Assembly (NCBI RefSeq): GCF_963921235.1
Contig: NC_086097.1
Span: forward strand, 11,098,001 to 11,162,000
DNA from: Mobula hypostoma
Lineage: Eukaryota
Length of the DNA: 64,000 bases
Direction: 5' to 3'
Shown here: piece by piece, positions 51,349 through 63,900 of the stretch
Layout: each line of letters opens with the position of its first letter
Numbering within the stretch: the stretch's first letter is position 1
Notes under the pieces: model-generated
Told to the model about the DNA's origin: nothing
What the model saw: the letters and a program-made list of their open reading frames with translations, nothing else
Databases searched by the model: none
Program-made: the position numbers and the translations under genes

Positions 51349-53396
51349 AGCAGCTGTACGATGCTTCCCTCAAGCCACATACACGGCTGACCCGGAAAGA
51401 TGTTATCACTCCTTGAGTGTGGTTGGGCCTGCATCTGGGATTCCCTGATCTTAACTACACAGCGAACAATCTTCACATTTTCGCCTCAAGAAGGTTAATT
51501 GCAGGTGGACCTTACCAATGATGTTGACACCTCCATGATAAAGGAAAGAGCGTAGGGCGACACGTAGCGTAGCGAATAGGGTAACACTATTACAGAACCA
51601 GCGACCCCGGTTCAATTCCACCACCACACTGTCCTTAAGGAGATTGTAGGTACTCCCTGTGATTGCATGGGTTTCTTCCGGGTGCTCCTGTTTCCTCCCA
51701 TGTTGCAAAGATGTACCAGTTAGTAGGTTAATTGGTCACATGGGTGTAATTGAGCGGCCTGAGCTCGCTGGGCTGGAACAGCCTGTTATCGTGCTGCATC
51801 TCTAAATAAATAAACAAACAAACAATCCAATAGATAGATAACTAAATAGAAAAACCTCTTTAGATGAGTGCTTTCAATGAGTCAGTTTAAAGTGCCTTTG
51901 AGCTTGACGTGTTTGCATGGATTTTAGAACTTTTCCTGGGGCTTTATTTAATAGAGATCTCAATTGACAGGAGCAGATCCAAGGATAAAGCGGATGATGT
52001 TCCTGGAAAACACAGGGAAGTATCCCTTGCAATTGCATTGAGAAAAGTTTGTTCTCTCTGCTTCTCACTCGCTGCTCCCAGAGGAAGGTCCCTGCGTTCA
52101 CATGGTCTTTCTCTCACCCTCAATGCTGTTGTAGGATGGGCCAGGATTCTGGGTTTTGGTCAAGGTTTAATTGACGGGGTTTGTGGATTGAACTCTGTAG
52201 TTAATGTTATGATGTGTTTCTGATTGCTATATTTTTTGTTGCTATTTTGGGTGATTTTGAATCATGACTGCCTGCAGATAATAAACACTGAGCTGAACTG
52301 AAATTTGCCTGGACTCTATCGATATTGTGTTTTATATTCTGCGTTTTTCACTCATTTTTTTAATTTGTTGCTGTTTGCATGATTTTTTTTGTGAATAGGG
52401 GGGTTGTTGACATTTTTTTTCTTTGAACAGTTTCCATGTTTTATTTGTTTTGTGGCTGTCTGAGGGAAGACAAATCTCAGGGTTGTATCATAAATGTATT
52501 TTGAATCTTTGAATGTGTTGTATCATATGACGTGGATGATCATGACCATGATTGACCTTGACAAATTTTTCTTCAGAAGTGGTCTGCCATTGCCTCCTTC
52601 TGGGCAGTGTCTTTTCAAGACAGGTGACCCCAGCCGTTATCAATACTCTTCAGAGATTGTCTCCCTGGCATCTGTAGTCATATAACCAGGACTTGTGATA
52701 TGCACCACCTGCTCCCATGGCTTTGCGTGACCCTGATCTGGGGCTAAGCCGGTGCTACACCTTGCCCAAGGGTAAGCTGCAGGCTAGCGGAGGGAAGGAG
52801 TGCCTTAATAGTGATGTATTTCCACCCTGCCTCCCAAAAAAGATAGGAGCAATAGTCAGAAAACAAACCACCTGACCCAATACATCTGCGTTAATGATGA
52901 CTATGGTCCAAGGTAAAAGGATAATTGACCCAACTCCTTCTTGATCCTCCACCTTAAAATGGAGTGGACTCCAGTTAGAAACACCTTCTGATTGATTTTC
53001 CCACTGTTTTCAACAGGCTCTTGTTGCTGTTATTGCACGGTACAATGTCAAACTCATTCAGTCCAGGTCACGTTTTCATGTAGTGCTGCCTTTGATCTTA
53101 TTACAGCTAAATGAGGACAAAGTGCACAATTTAGATAAAAACCCCTTCCAATACAATATAACAAACACTTGATTAAGAATTAAGCATGCATTTCCTTATT
53201 GTGTTTTTTTTTCAGTTTCCTATAGCGTATCATCAAGAAGTAATCGTAGTGTTCGTTCCTTTTTTTTCTGTGTCCAATTCTGTCTTCCCAATCTTTCCCT
53301 GTGATTCACTGGCCTTGGCTCAGTCCACCACCACAGATTGACACTGATTGCTGTTGTTATTGTGACATTGCAACAACAGCTTTGACTATGTTAAGT

Positions 53397-53625
53397 GTCA
53401 GCTTGGCTCAGCTGGTGGCCCTCTTACCTCTAAGCTCAGAGGTTACGGGTTCAAGCCCCTCCGTGGAGGGCTTGAGCACATAACACCTGTTGTACTGTGT
53501 TATTGAAGGTAATGTCCTTCAGATGAAGACATAAATCTGAGACTGCATCTGTCTGTCCAAATGAACGTTAAGAGTTTATCTATGCCTTGAAATGAATTCC
53601 TGATTGCAGGAAATATACTATATAG
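53397..53625 (+). mobile_element. DeuSINE 5' part with tRNA-like head
   Basis: TGGCTCAGCTGG (A box), GGTTCAAGCCC (B box), then CTTGAGCACATAA...CCTTCAGATGAAGAC. Confidence 0.65.
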
Positions 53626-55704
53626 TCATCTGAGACCATATAGGCATTTTACTCTATATAAATCAATCAAACAGGTTTCAAAGATGTTCTCTTTACTACT
53701 GTACTTATTTTTACTGGCTGAGGTCAAACTTCCAGGAGCATAACTCTAACCAATAGAATAGCCAAGCTATCTTGGCCAATATTCGCGTCTCCTCAGTCAG
53801 TGCATAAAAAAAGTGATTGCTAACTTCGCTGCTGCCTGCAGGTCTTTGCTTTATGCAGAATGGTTGGCACATTCAGTACATAGGAAATACGTTTCAGAAG
53901 AATTCATTAAAATTGAAAGCAGTGCTTTGCAGGGAGGTGATAATTGTAAGTTTTTTTACCTTTTTTTCTACAACCAGAACCCAATTATCTCACATAAGTT
54001 GTAAGCCTTTAATTATGCTCGTCATACCCATGGACGATCCAAATCATTTGTGAAATGGAGGTCACATTTCAAACCCAATGTTTGCATACAAGTTATCTGA
54101 AGCTATTACATGCGTGGCAATGCACAAAAGAAGGTAAGGCTTTTTAATGAAATCCTTTAGACTTCAGTCATGAACTCCACCTTCTTGCCCAGTGAAATTA
54201 ACTTATTCTTCAATACCAACTAATAGTCAGCATTATAACAAACTGCAACAAATACTGTATTACTAAATGCTGGATAAACTGCAGATCACTGCTTTTCATT
54301 TACTGCAGACAGTTAATTTAGTGGCTGTCAAATACGTTGAGTCCCAGCATGACCTATCTGTTGCCAACTCATCAGTTTAGTCCCGCCCAAGATCTGTGAA
54401 GTTCCTTGGCTAATAAGTACTCTGCAGACAGTCCCAGCTTGCTCTGAACTAATCATTTTAAGGACTCTGTGTTGTCCCGCTGGCCATTTGGGGCAACTGT
54501 GTGTTTCCAGGGACAACTCAGGCTGTTTCAAACTGCGACCATATCTTAATGACATCACCTGCAGCATGAATGCACAGCCAAAAAATTGAGTTCACTGGCA
54601 GTGGTGAGTGCGGAACATGCTTTGAATCTTAAAAACCAAAATTAAGCCATCTGCTTAGGGTTTAATAAAAGTTGACAGCTCACTCCTTTTTTTAATCTTT
54701 TCAATTATTGATGCCAACAAGTGCCTCTCACTAGCTCAGAAAATGTGAAAGCTATTGTGTTGCTGAAACCATTCAGTTTTCCTTTAGGTTACACAAGAAG
54801 GCTTATAAAGGCAGAACACTGAGAAACACATGAGGTACTGCACTAATTCAGTCTATAAATCCCCTTGTGGTCAGTCTGCTCCACGCATCTCCCACCAGCC
54901 AAAATAATCAATATTTGGAATCAATGGGCTCTCCATCCCTCCATCCAGCCGGTTACAGTGGTGCATCAAGATGCTGCAACTGATTTAAGTCTCCCATTTC
55001 TACCAAAGCCTCCTAATTTTAAATTGAGATCTTTTATTTATTTGGGGATACAGTGCAGCCCCAGCAACCCCCGACAAACCCAGTTTAACCCTAACCTAAT
55101 CACAGGATAATTTACAAAGACCAATGATCTTACCCAGTAATTCTTTGGACTGTGGAAGGAAGGTGAAAGACCTGGAGAAGACCCACGCATACCATGGGGA
55201 GCACCTGCAAACTTCTTACAGATGGTGCTGGAATTGAACTCCAAACGCTGGAAACGCCTCGAGCTGTAACTCTAACTGTTATGCTAGCATGGCGCCAATA
55301 CCATGATGTTGGATGGTGAAAGATATTTTCTCTCACAATTCTTAGATGTGAATTCCCTGAATATTCATTGTCCATCCTTATCTGCTCTCACTTCTTGGAA
55401 TTACAAGCGTAGTTCTAAATTTCAAGAATCTGAGGCGCAAAGGGACTTGGGAGACTGTGTGCAGGATTCCCTGAGGGTTAATTTGCAGGTTGAGTCGGTA
55501 GTGAGGAAGACAAATGTGATGTTAGCATTCACTTCATTTGGATTCGACTGTCTAATTGTCACTTTCATGATACTTTAACTTTCCCATGCTTGTTTGTATT
55601 TATATAATTAATACATGTAATTGTTCAGTGTGTTTTGTAGTGGTTGCAATTGCAAGCATCATATTACTTGAAAAGGGGCTACCTGATTAGTTAACTTTTA
55701 TCTA

Positions 55705-56470
55705 CATAGTCATAGTATCATAGAAAAGTACAGGTCAGAAGTAGACTCTTTGGCCCATCTAGTCCGTGCCAATCTATTTCAAACTGCCTTGTCCAATTGA
55801 CCTGTACCTGGACCATAGCCCTCCAAATCGCTGCCATCCATGTACCTATCCAAACTTCTCTTAAATGTTAAAATCGAGCTCGCATGCACCACTCGTGGTG
55901 GCAGCTCATTCCACACTTTCATGACCCTCTGAGTGAAGAAGTTCCCCTCATGTTCTCCTTAAACTTTTCACTTTTCATCCTTAACCTATGACCTCTAGTG
56001 GTAGTCCCACCCAGCCTCAGTGGATAAAGCCAGCCTGCATTTACCCTATCTATACCCCTCATTATTTTGTATACCTCTGTCAATGTTCTAAGTTCCATGG
56101 AATAGAGTCCCAGCCTATTTAGTCTTTCCTTATAATTCAAGTCCTCCAGTCCTGGCAATATCCTTGTAAATTTTCTCTGCACTCTTTCAACCTTATTCAC
56201 ATCTTTCCTGTAGGTAGGTGACCAAAAAAGCACACAATATTCCGAATTAGGTCTCACCAATGTCTTATACAACTTCAACATAACATTCCTTCTACTTTAC
56301 TCAATACTTTGATTTATGAAATCCAATGAGCCAAGAGCTTTCTTTACAACCCTATCTACCTGTGCAGCCACTTTCAATAAATGATGGACCTGTAATTCCA
56401 GACCCTTTTGTTCTACTGCACTCCTCAGTGTCTTACCCTTCACTGTGTAACATCTATCCTGGTTGGCCAT
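55705..56470 (-). mobile_element. CR1 LINE 3' fragment
   Basis: MLKLYKTLVRPNSEYCVLFWSPTYRKDVNKVERVQRKFTR. Confidence 0.9.
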
Positions 56471-56749
56471 GGTATTTTTTGCTGTTAACAAATTGGTATA
56501 AAAAGGGTAAACCATGTTGTCTTGGCTTTTTTTTACACCTTTGTCTGCTCTCCCTACTAAGCTCTGCTTTCACTACTCTCCTTTCCCAATCCCTTTGTTC
56601 TCTGACATTTACAAATGATCATAAGCAACAAGTTTTTTGCCTCTTTTTACCTTCCGAAGAGCCTCGGAGCAAAACCATCAGTATACAACACAAGAAACTA
56701 GAAAAGCTGGAATCTGGAGGAGTAAACACTTTGGAGTGAAGGGCGTTCT

Positions 56750-57570
56750 TGTCATGGTCCAGTCCGAAGTCCACATTCCGGTTCACGGTCTGGTCCACGG
56801 ACTCCGGACTCTGGGTCTTCCGGCTGTCCCTTGTTTCGGTTGGACTTAACCATAAGCACCTGATGCTCATCTTGGGGCTGGGAATATAAGTGGCCCTGGG
56901 ATCGAGTGTGGTTGCTGGTTCGTCTTGTCAGTCTCCCCTTGGAGTAACGCACTGGTGGAAGGCTACTGCAGTCATTGAGATATGGATTTGGCTGTTCCGT
57001 AGCCCACCGAAGTTACCGGCTGCCTTGAGTATTGGTGCCACCCCGGACCTAACTCCCTTCCTGTCCCTTGCCTCCATCGGGTAAGCCAGGCCAATTGCCG
57101 TTACCCTGCGGTTGGTTCTGTCCCTTCCTGCCCTTGCCTCCATGGGGTGAGTCCCACGTCCTGCCCAGGAGTTGCCTCAAAGTACCCTTGCCCTATCATG
57201 TCCTCGTCGAGCCTCCAGGAACCCAAGCCTCGCCACGTCTTTGCCTGGTCTCCAGGAACCCAAGCCTTGCCACGTCTTCGCCAGTTCTCCAGGAACCCAA
57301 GCCTCACCACGTCTTCGCCTAGTTTTGGGGTCCGAGCCCGAGTGAAGACCCAGGGTCTGGGCCCTTGTCCAGTCTCTGGCTTGGAGTCCACACCCAGGCT
57401 CCTTGTTCCCAGTCCCTCGTCCTAGTCCTGCTTCCCTAGCCTAGTCTGCGTTCCTGTCCCAACTCCTAGTCTGCGTCCTGTCCCGTCATTTAGTTTTGTC
57501 AGTTCCTGTTCATAGTACTTCAGTGTCTGTGTCTTGCATTTGGGTCCGTTCCCAACGCCCCCATATGACA
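56750..57570 (+). mobile_element. Solo LTR (821 bp) with 5-bp TSD and internal tandem repeats
   Basis: Termini TGTCAT...ATGACA. GTTCT duplicated at 56745-56749 and 57571-57575. TATAA at ~56885. Three copies of CTCCAGGAACCCAAGCCT..CCACGTCTT at 57213-57315. Confidence 0.9.
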
Positions 57571-58810
57571 GTTCTAGAATATTTTAGAACAGAGATGAGG
57601 AGGATTTTCTTTAGTCAGAGAATGGTGAATCTGTGGAATTTGTTGCCACAGGTGGCTGTAGAGGCAAAATCTTTGGGTATATTTAAGACAGACATTCTTG
57701 ATTCATCAGGACATGAGGGATACGGGGAGAAGGCAGGAGACTGGAGCTGAGAGGGAAAATAGATCAGTTATGATTAAATAGTGGAGCAGTCTCGATGGGC
57801 CAATTGGCCTAATTGCTCCTATATCTTATGGTGGCTTTTGCTGTTAAACAGAATGCAGCAGATCAGGCAACATCAGTGGAGGAAATAGACAGATTATGAT
57901 TTGGACTGAGACCCATCATCTGGACCCCACCCCTCATATACTGCAGCAAGTGTTTGTAATGGGACAGGAGTCACATACGTAAGATGGGTTGCATGAAGTT
58001 GGCAGGTTTTCCACTCTTACTGGTGCCGATACTCAAACCCAAGGATCAAGGATCAACTTTATTCACCATACACATTTATACGTGTTGCTGCCCATTATGC
58101 CACTGGCATTTAGGGCAGAAATGAAGGTCTTCTATCTCTAGTGGTGTTCAGGGCTTCCTTCATCATGTGAACAGCTTCCTCTCGGTTTTCAGTACTGTCA
58201 GTCATGCAAGTTCTGGGTGGAGTCTCAGGAATACCATCGCACTCAGATCTCAAATACGAGGAAATCTGCAGATGCTGGAATTTCAAGCAACACACATAAA
58301 AAAAATGCTGGTGAACGCAGCAGGCCAGGCACCATTTTTTATATGTGTTGCACTCAGATCTAGAAGGATTCTTCATTGCCGTTTCCGTAACAATTTTATT
58401 TTACCAGTCAGGACTGTTAGACCTGAGGTGAACCCCTGAACCTAGAGGACCAGTGAACCACTTTAGTCTGTCCTCTACCCTTTGACCTGTTTGGCATGGG
58501 TAACTCTACCAAGAGTCAAAGCAAAAGGCTCTGACTCCAGCCCGCATTGTTCTCTGGGTCACCATGGCACACAAGCCTCCAAATCCAATGACAAGATTGT
58601 GGTCCTCTGCGAGGACATTTACATGTATTAGGGATTTCCTGTGGTCTGTTGGCACAACATGCAACACAAAAAAGTTCAACAATTGTAAGAATAATATAAA
58701 AAATAAACTTGGAGGTTAAAGTACATATATCTAATAAAATGTGCATAAATACATAAACACGAGAGATTCTGCAGATGCTGGAAATCCAGAGCAACACACA
58801 GTCTTCATCA

Positions 58811-58848
58811 GAGTCCCGATGAAGGGTCTCGGCCTGAAACTTCAACTG
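58811..58848 (+). ncRNA. Degenerate hammerhead motif in a hairpin Penelope-terminus insertion (58756-58903)
   Basis: GAGTC-CCGATGA-AGGGTCTCGGCCT-GAAAC-TTC-AACTG. Confidence 0.6.
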
Positions 58849-60697
58849 TTTATTCATTTCCATAGTTGCTGCCTGGCCTACTGCATTTTGTGTGTGCTGT
58901 TTCTAAACACATAGATAGATATCAGTATTTATTCGCATTGTAAGCAGCATTGCGTTTTAAAGTGTTTACAAAGGAGAGCAGTAATAGGGGTATTAGAGGA
59001 GTTTGTTGGCTAACTACAACAATTGATCAGATCAACCGCCTGGGGGAAGAAACTTTAAAGATGGGGTGAAATTTTTGTTTAAATAGCCCTTTTGCAAACT
59101 CAATGTGCTGAATGACCTCTGTTTTATAGCCTTAAATACACATTTCAAAGTTCAAAGTAAAACTATTATCAAAGTACATGTATGCAATCCTGAGATTCAT
59201 TTTCTTGTGGGCATACTCAGTTAATCCAAGAAACACAATAGAGTCAAAGAAAGGCTGCACCCAACAGGAGGGACAAACAACCAATGTGCGAAAGATAACA
59301 AACTGTGCAAGTAATAAATAAACAAACAAACAAACCAACAATATATATCAAGAACTTGAGATGAAGAGTCCTTGAAAGTGAGTCCATAGTGGGAACAGTT
59401 CAGTGATGGGGTGAGTGAAGTTGAGTGAAGTTATCCCCACTGGTTGAGGAGTAATAACTGTTCCCGAACATAATGATGTGGGTCCTGAGTCGCCTCTACC
59501 TTCTTTATGATGGCAGCAGTGAGAAGAGAGCATGACCAGGATAGTGGGGGTTCTTGATGGATGCTGCTTTCATGTGTAGATGTGTTCAATTGGGGAGGGC
59601 TTTATCTATGACGGACCTCGCCGTATCAACTACTTTTTTAGGATTTTCTGTTCAAGGGCATTAGTATTTCCATTCCAATACCTTTGAACCAATATTTCCA
59701 GGAAAGGAAATATTCACTCAAGAAACTAATGTAAATAAGATTGAAAGAGTATGGGAGAAAATTTATAAGGACGTTGCTGGGACTGGAAGCCCTGAGTTAT
59801 AAGGAAAGATTGAATAGGGTAGAACTTTATTCCCTAGAAGTGAGAACGTTGAGGGGAGATTTGATAGATGTATACAAAATTATGAGGGGTATAGATAGGG
59901 TAAATGCAAGCCAGCTTTTTCCACTGAGGTTGGGTGAGGCTAGACCTAATGGATCAATTGTGAAAGGTCGGATGTCTGAGGGAACATGAGGGGAAATTCC
60001 TTCACTCAGAGCGTGGTGAGAGTGTGGAACGAGCTGCCAGCACAAGTGGTGGCTGCAACATCGATTTCAATGTTTGAGAGACGTTTGGTAGACACATAGA
60101 TGGTCGGGGTATGGAAGGCTATAGTCCCGATGCAGGTCAATGTGAGTCGGCAGGTTAAATAGTTATGGCATGGATGGGGCGAAGGTTCTGTTTCTGTGTT
60201 GTAGCTTTCTTTGTCTCTACGAGTCTACTCTAAACATGGCAATGCTCCACGCCTAAAGAGGTTGTGGAAGTAGGTATTCTGATAAGGTTTAAGAAACATC
60301 TGGACAGGCATGTGAATCTCCAGGCTATCGATGGCTAAGGGCCAGATGCAAATAAATGGGATGAGTGCCAGTACGTTGGTCAGCACGGACAGGTGGGCCA
60401 AAGGGTCTGTTTCTCCCTGACTCTATGATCCTTTGCCTTGTGATGTCACAGCAAAGGGCTTGTGATGTACAATCTGCCTGTATTGTGCTCCAGTACCACA
60501 TGGTACAGTACAGCACACAAACAGGCTCTTTGGCCCACGCTGCTTGTGCTGACAATGAGGCCAAAGTAACTAGTCCCACCTGGCTGTTCATGGTCTATAC
60601 CTCTTCCTACCCTGCCTGTTCATATAACTATCCAAATGGCTCTTAACCATCTCTAACGTCAGAAGTAATTTGGAAAATGTGTAGCTCGGGTGGTCAA

Positions 60698-60915
60698 TGG
60701 TTGGGTTGACTTGTTCCTCGATTTTGGCAATTTACTTAGAAACATTTCATCACCATACAAGCTGTGACAACCAATCAGCTGATTTTTAAGTATATAAAGG
60801 CCAAGCACTCGGAGGACACACTACAATTGACAGCAAACTGATGGTGTCTCCTCGCATGGTGATAAAACATTAGCAAGTAAATTGCCAAATTCGGAGAATA
60901 ACTCAACCTAACCAT
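60698..60915. mobile_element. ~65-bp inverted repeat element, probably an inverted Penelope pseudo-LTR of a second family
   Basis: 60698-60761 is the diverged reverse complement of 60851-60915. The right side carries a hammerhead-like CTGATG...AAAAC layout. Confidence 0.6.
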
Positions 60916-63606
60916 CTTTAACATATGTGATTCTGCTACACCCCATGGTAGTACATTCTAGGCCCCTACCACACACTTTATGTAAAAAATCTACCACACT
61001 AATGACACAATACTCCACCTGCTCCCCATAACCTATAGCCCCCTTACAAATCAAGAACTTACCAATTTTTGCCTTAGGTTTCCCCAGTGACATGGTCTCC
61101 ATAGCCATCTGTGACAATAAATTCAACAGATTCTCCATTTTCTGGTTGAAGAAATTCCTCCTCATCTCAGTTTCAAAGGGATTTCCTTTATTCTGAAGCT
61201 GTGTCCTCAGATTCAAGACTCTCCAATGAATAGAAACATTCTCTCTACATCTCTTTTAAACTCCTCCCCCACCTTAAATCTACCTCCTCTAGAATTTGAT
61301 ATTTCCACCCCAGCAAATGAGTCTGACAATCTAACCTCTCTTAATTGTATAAACCTCTATCAGGCTGCCCTTCAGTCTTTGATGCTCCAGAGAGAATAAT
61401 CCAAGTTTGTCGAATTTCTTGTTATAGCTAATACTCCCTCATCTAGGCAAAGTCTTGGAGAATGCCTTCCGCACCCTTTCCAAGACTTCTACATCTTTCC
61501 TATAATGCAGCGACCAGAAATGCATGCAATACTCCAAGTCTGGCCCAACCGAAGTATAAATGTCACTTCCCAAGTTTTGTACCTGACACTCTAACCAATA
61601 AAGGCAAGCAGCCACATGTCCCCTTTACCACTTCACACACTTTTGTTGTCACTCTCACAGAAATATTAACCAGTACCCTAGATCCTGCTGTATATAAGTA
61701 CTCCTTTGAGTCACATGGATAGATTAACTGAATACAGTCGGAATTTCTCCTGCCTAACCTTTACTGGAATGAAGAGCTTGAACTGCATTTTGTGGTAGTG
61801 CTCTGGGAAAGATAGAATCTCACTTGTATTCTCTCCATTTTTTTTAGAGAGATACAGCACAGTAACAGGTCCTTCCGGCCCAATGAGCCCGTGCCACCCA
61901 GTTACACCCATGTGACCAATTAACCTAGTAACCCATATGTCTTTGGAAAGCAGCAGAAAACTGGAGCACCCAGAGGAAACCAACGTCATCATGGAGAGAA
62001 AGTACAAACGTCTTACAGCCAGTGGTTGTATTTGAACCTGGGCTGCTGGGGCTCTAATAGCATTACTGTAACCTCTACTCTACTGTGACAACTTCATGAT
62101 GTTCCCAACAGAACAATTAGCCATTATTATCAATCCCCTTCGGTTTGCTTATTTATTTATCTACTTTTATTTAGAGATGCAGTGCAGAACAGGCCCTTCT
62201 GGCCCAATGAGCCACTCGGCCCAGTAACCAACCTGTTAAACCCTAGCCCAATCTCAGGACAATATGCAACCAATTTACAATCTACTAAATGCTATTTCCT
62301 TGTACTGTAGGAGGAAGCTGGAGCACCCGAAAGAAACCCATGCGATCATGGGGAGAATGTACAAACTTCTTAGAGATGACAGCTGAATTGAACTCTGAAC
62401 TTCTACGCCCAAAGCTGCATTAACGACTACAATACCATGGTGCCTCTTTCTATTCACCCTTAACCCTGAAAGTTACTTTCTTTCACATGTCTGCCAATTT
62501 CTTTTATTTTATCCTGTATCTAAATTAAGCAGTGATTTACAGGGCCAATTAACCAATCAGAATGTCTTTGGGATGTGAGAGGAGACTAGAGGACTGGAGA
62601 GAACCCCCTAACATCGAAAATAGAAAGTACTGTCACCAAACGGCAGGGATCAGCACTGGAGCCATGATGTAGCAGCACCAACGTGCCATCTCTAATCATT
62701 TACAGCCTAACATGTCGTGACTTACCTAAACTTGCTGGTCTTTATTGGTTACAATGCACCAAATACTTTTTAAAGGTGTTGGGAGATTCTGCCTTCCGAG
62801 CAGTGAGGCCCATGCTTCCACCAGGTTTCAATGAGATACCAACCCTCCCCCCATCAAATGTTCCTCAGACATTAACAGCAGTACTCAGGGATGACGTTCT
62901 TAGAGGATTTTCCAGTGAGGCTGTACAGGTAGAACTTTAGGAACTGGAAAGGGAGTGGAACTCTAGTGATGGGATGTTATAGATTCCACCCCCCACCACC
63001 AGTCACATAGCGGAAACTTGAGGAGCTAGTGTATAAAGAATATATTAGAAATCATGACCAGCCATGGCCAACAGTGTAGTCACAGTAAACTTTTCAGGCT
63101 GATAGCTCTATATCTATGCCATATTGTTCTACAACTCCAATAAGTTTAAACTACATTGTCAGTTTGTATTTATGCAAAACTGACGGACTGAAAGAATGAT
63201 CAAGGCAAAAACACTCAATACATATAAGCGTTACTAGGACATATACATGAGGGACCAGGGTCTGGGTATGACCCTGAGATTGAATGTAAAGTAACACCAT
63301 AAGGCCACAAGAGATAGGAGAAGAATTAGTCTATTCAGTCCATCAATCATGACTGATTTATTTTCCCCTTCAATCCAATTTTCCCTCCATCTCACCATAA
63401 ATTTTGACACTCTTACTAATCAAGAACATTTCAAACTCTGCTTTAATTAATTTCACTGATTCATCATCCTCTAGCTAAAGGAATTCTTCCCACTTTCAGT
63501 TCTGAAAACAGCATCCTTCTGTTCTGAGATTGTGGTCTCATCTCCTCGACTTTTCCACTATTGAAAACGTCTTCTCCACGTCCACTCTTTCCAGGCTTTT
63601 CAATAT

Positions 63607-63900
63607 GGGTGGCACGGTAGTGTAGTGTATAGCACAATGCTTAACAGTTCCAGGGACCCAGGTTCAATTCCTGTCGCTGCCTGTAAGGAGTTTGTACATT
63701 CTTCCCGTGACTGCGTGGGTTTCCTCTGGGTGCTCCGGTTTCTTCCCACAGTCCAAAGAGGTACTGGTTGATAGGTTAATTGCTCATTGTAAATTGTCCA
63801 GTGATTAGTATAGGACTAAATCAGGGGATTGTTGTGTGGCATGGCTAGGAAGGCCTATTCTGTGCCGCACCTAAATAAATAAACAAACAAACAAATAAAT
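63607..63900 (+). mobile_element. Full-length V-domain SINE nested in a CR1 fragment
   Basis: GGGTGGCACGGTAGTGTAGTG...GGTTCAATTCC head, canonical V-domain and (AAAT/AAAC)n tail. Confidence 0.9.

Noticed and set aside
56619..57425. Cluster of overlapping ORFs in GC-rich DNA suggesting a gene or CpG-island promoter
   Set aside because: They fall within the solo LTR defined by TG...CA ends and the GTTCT TSD. High GC explains the ORF density.
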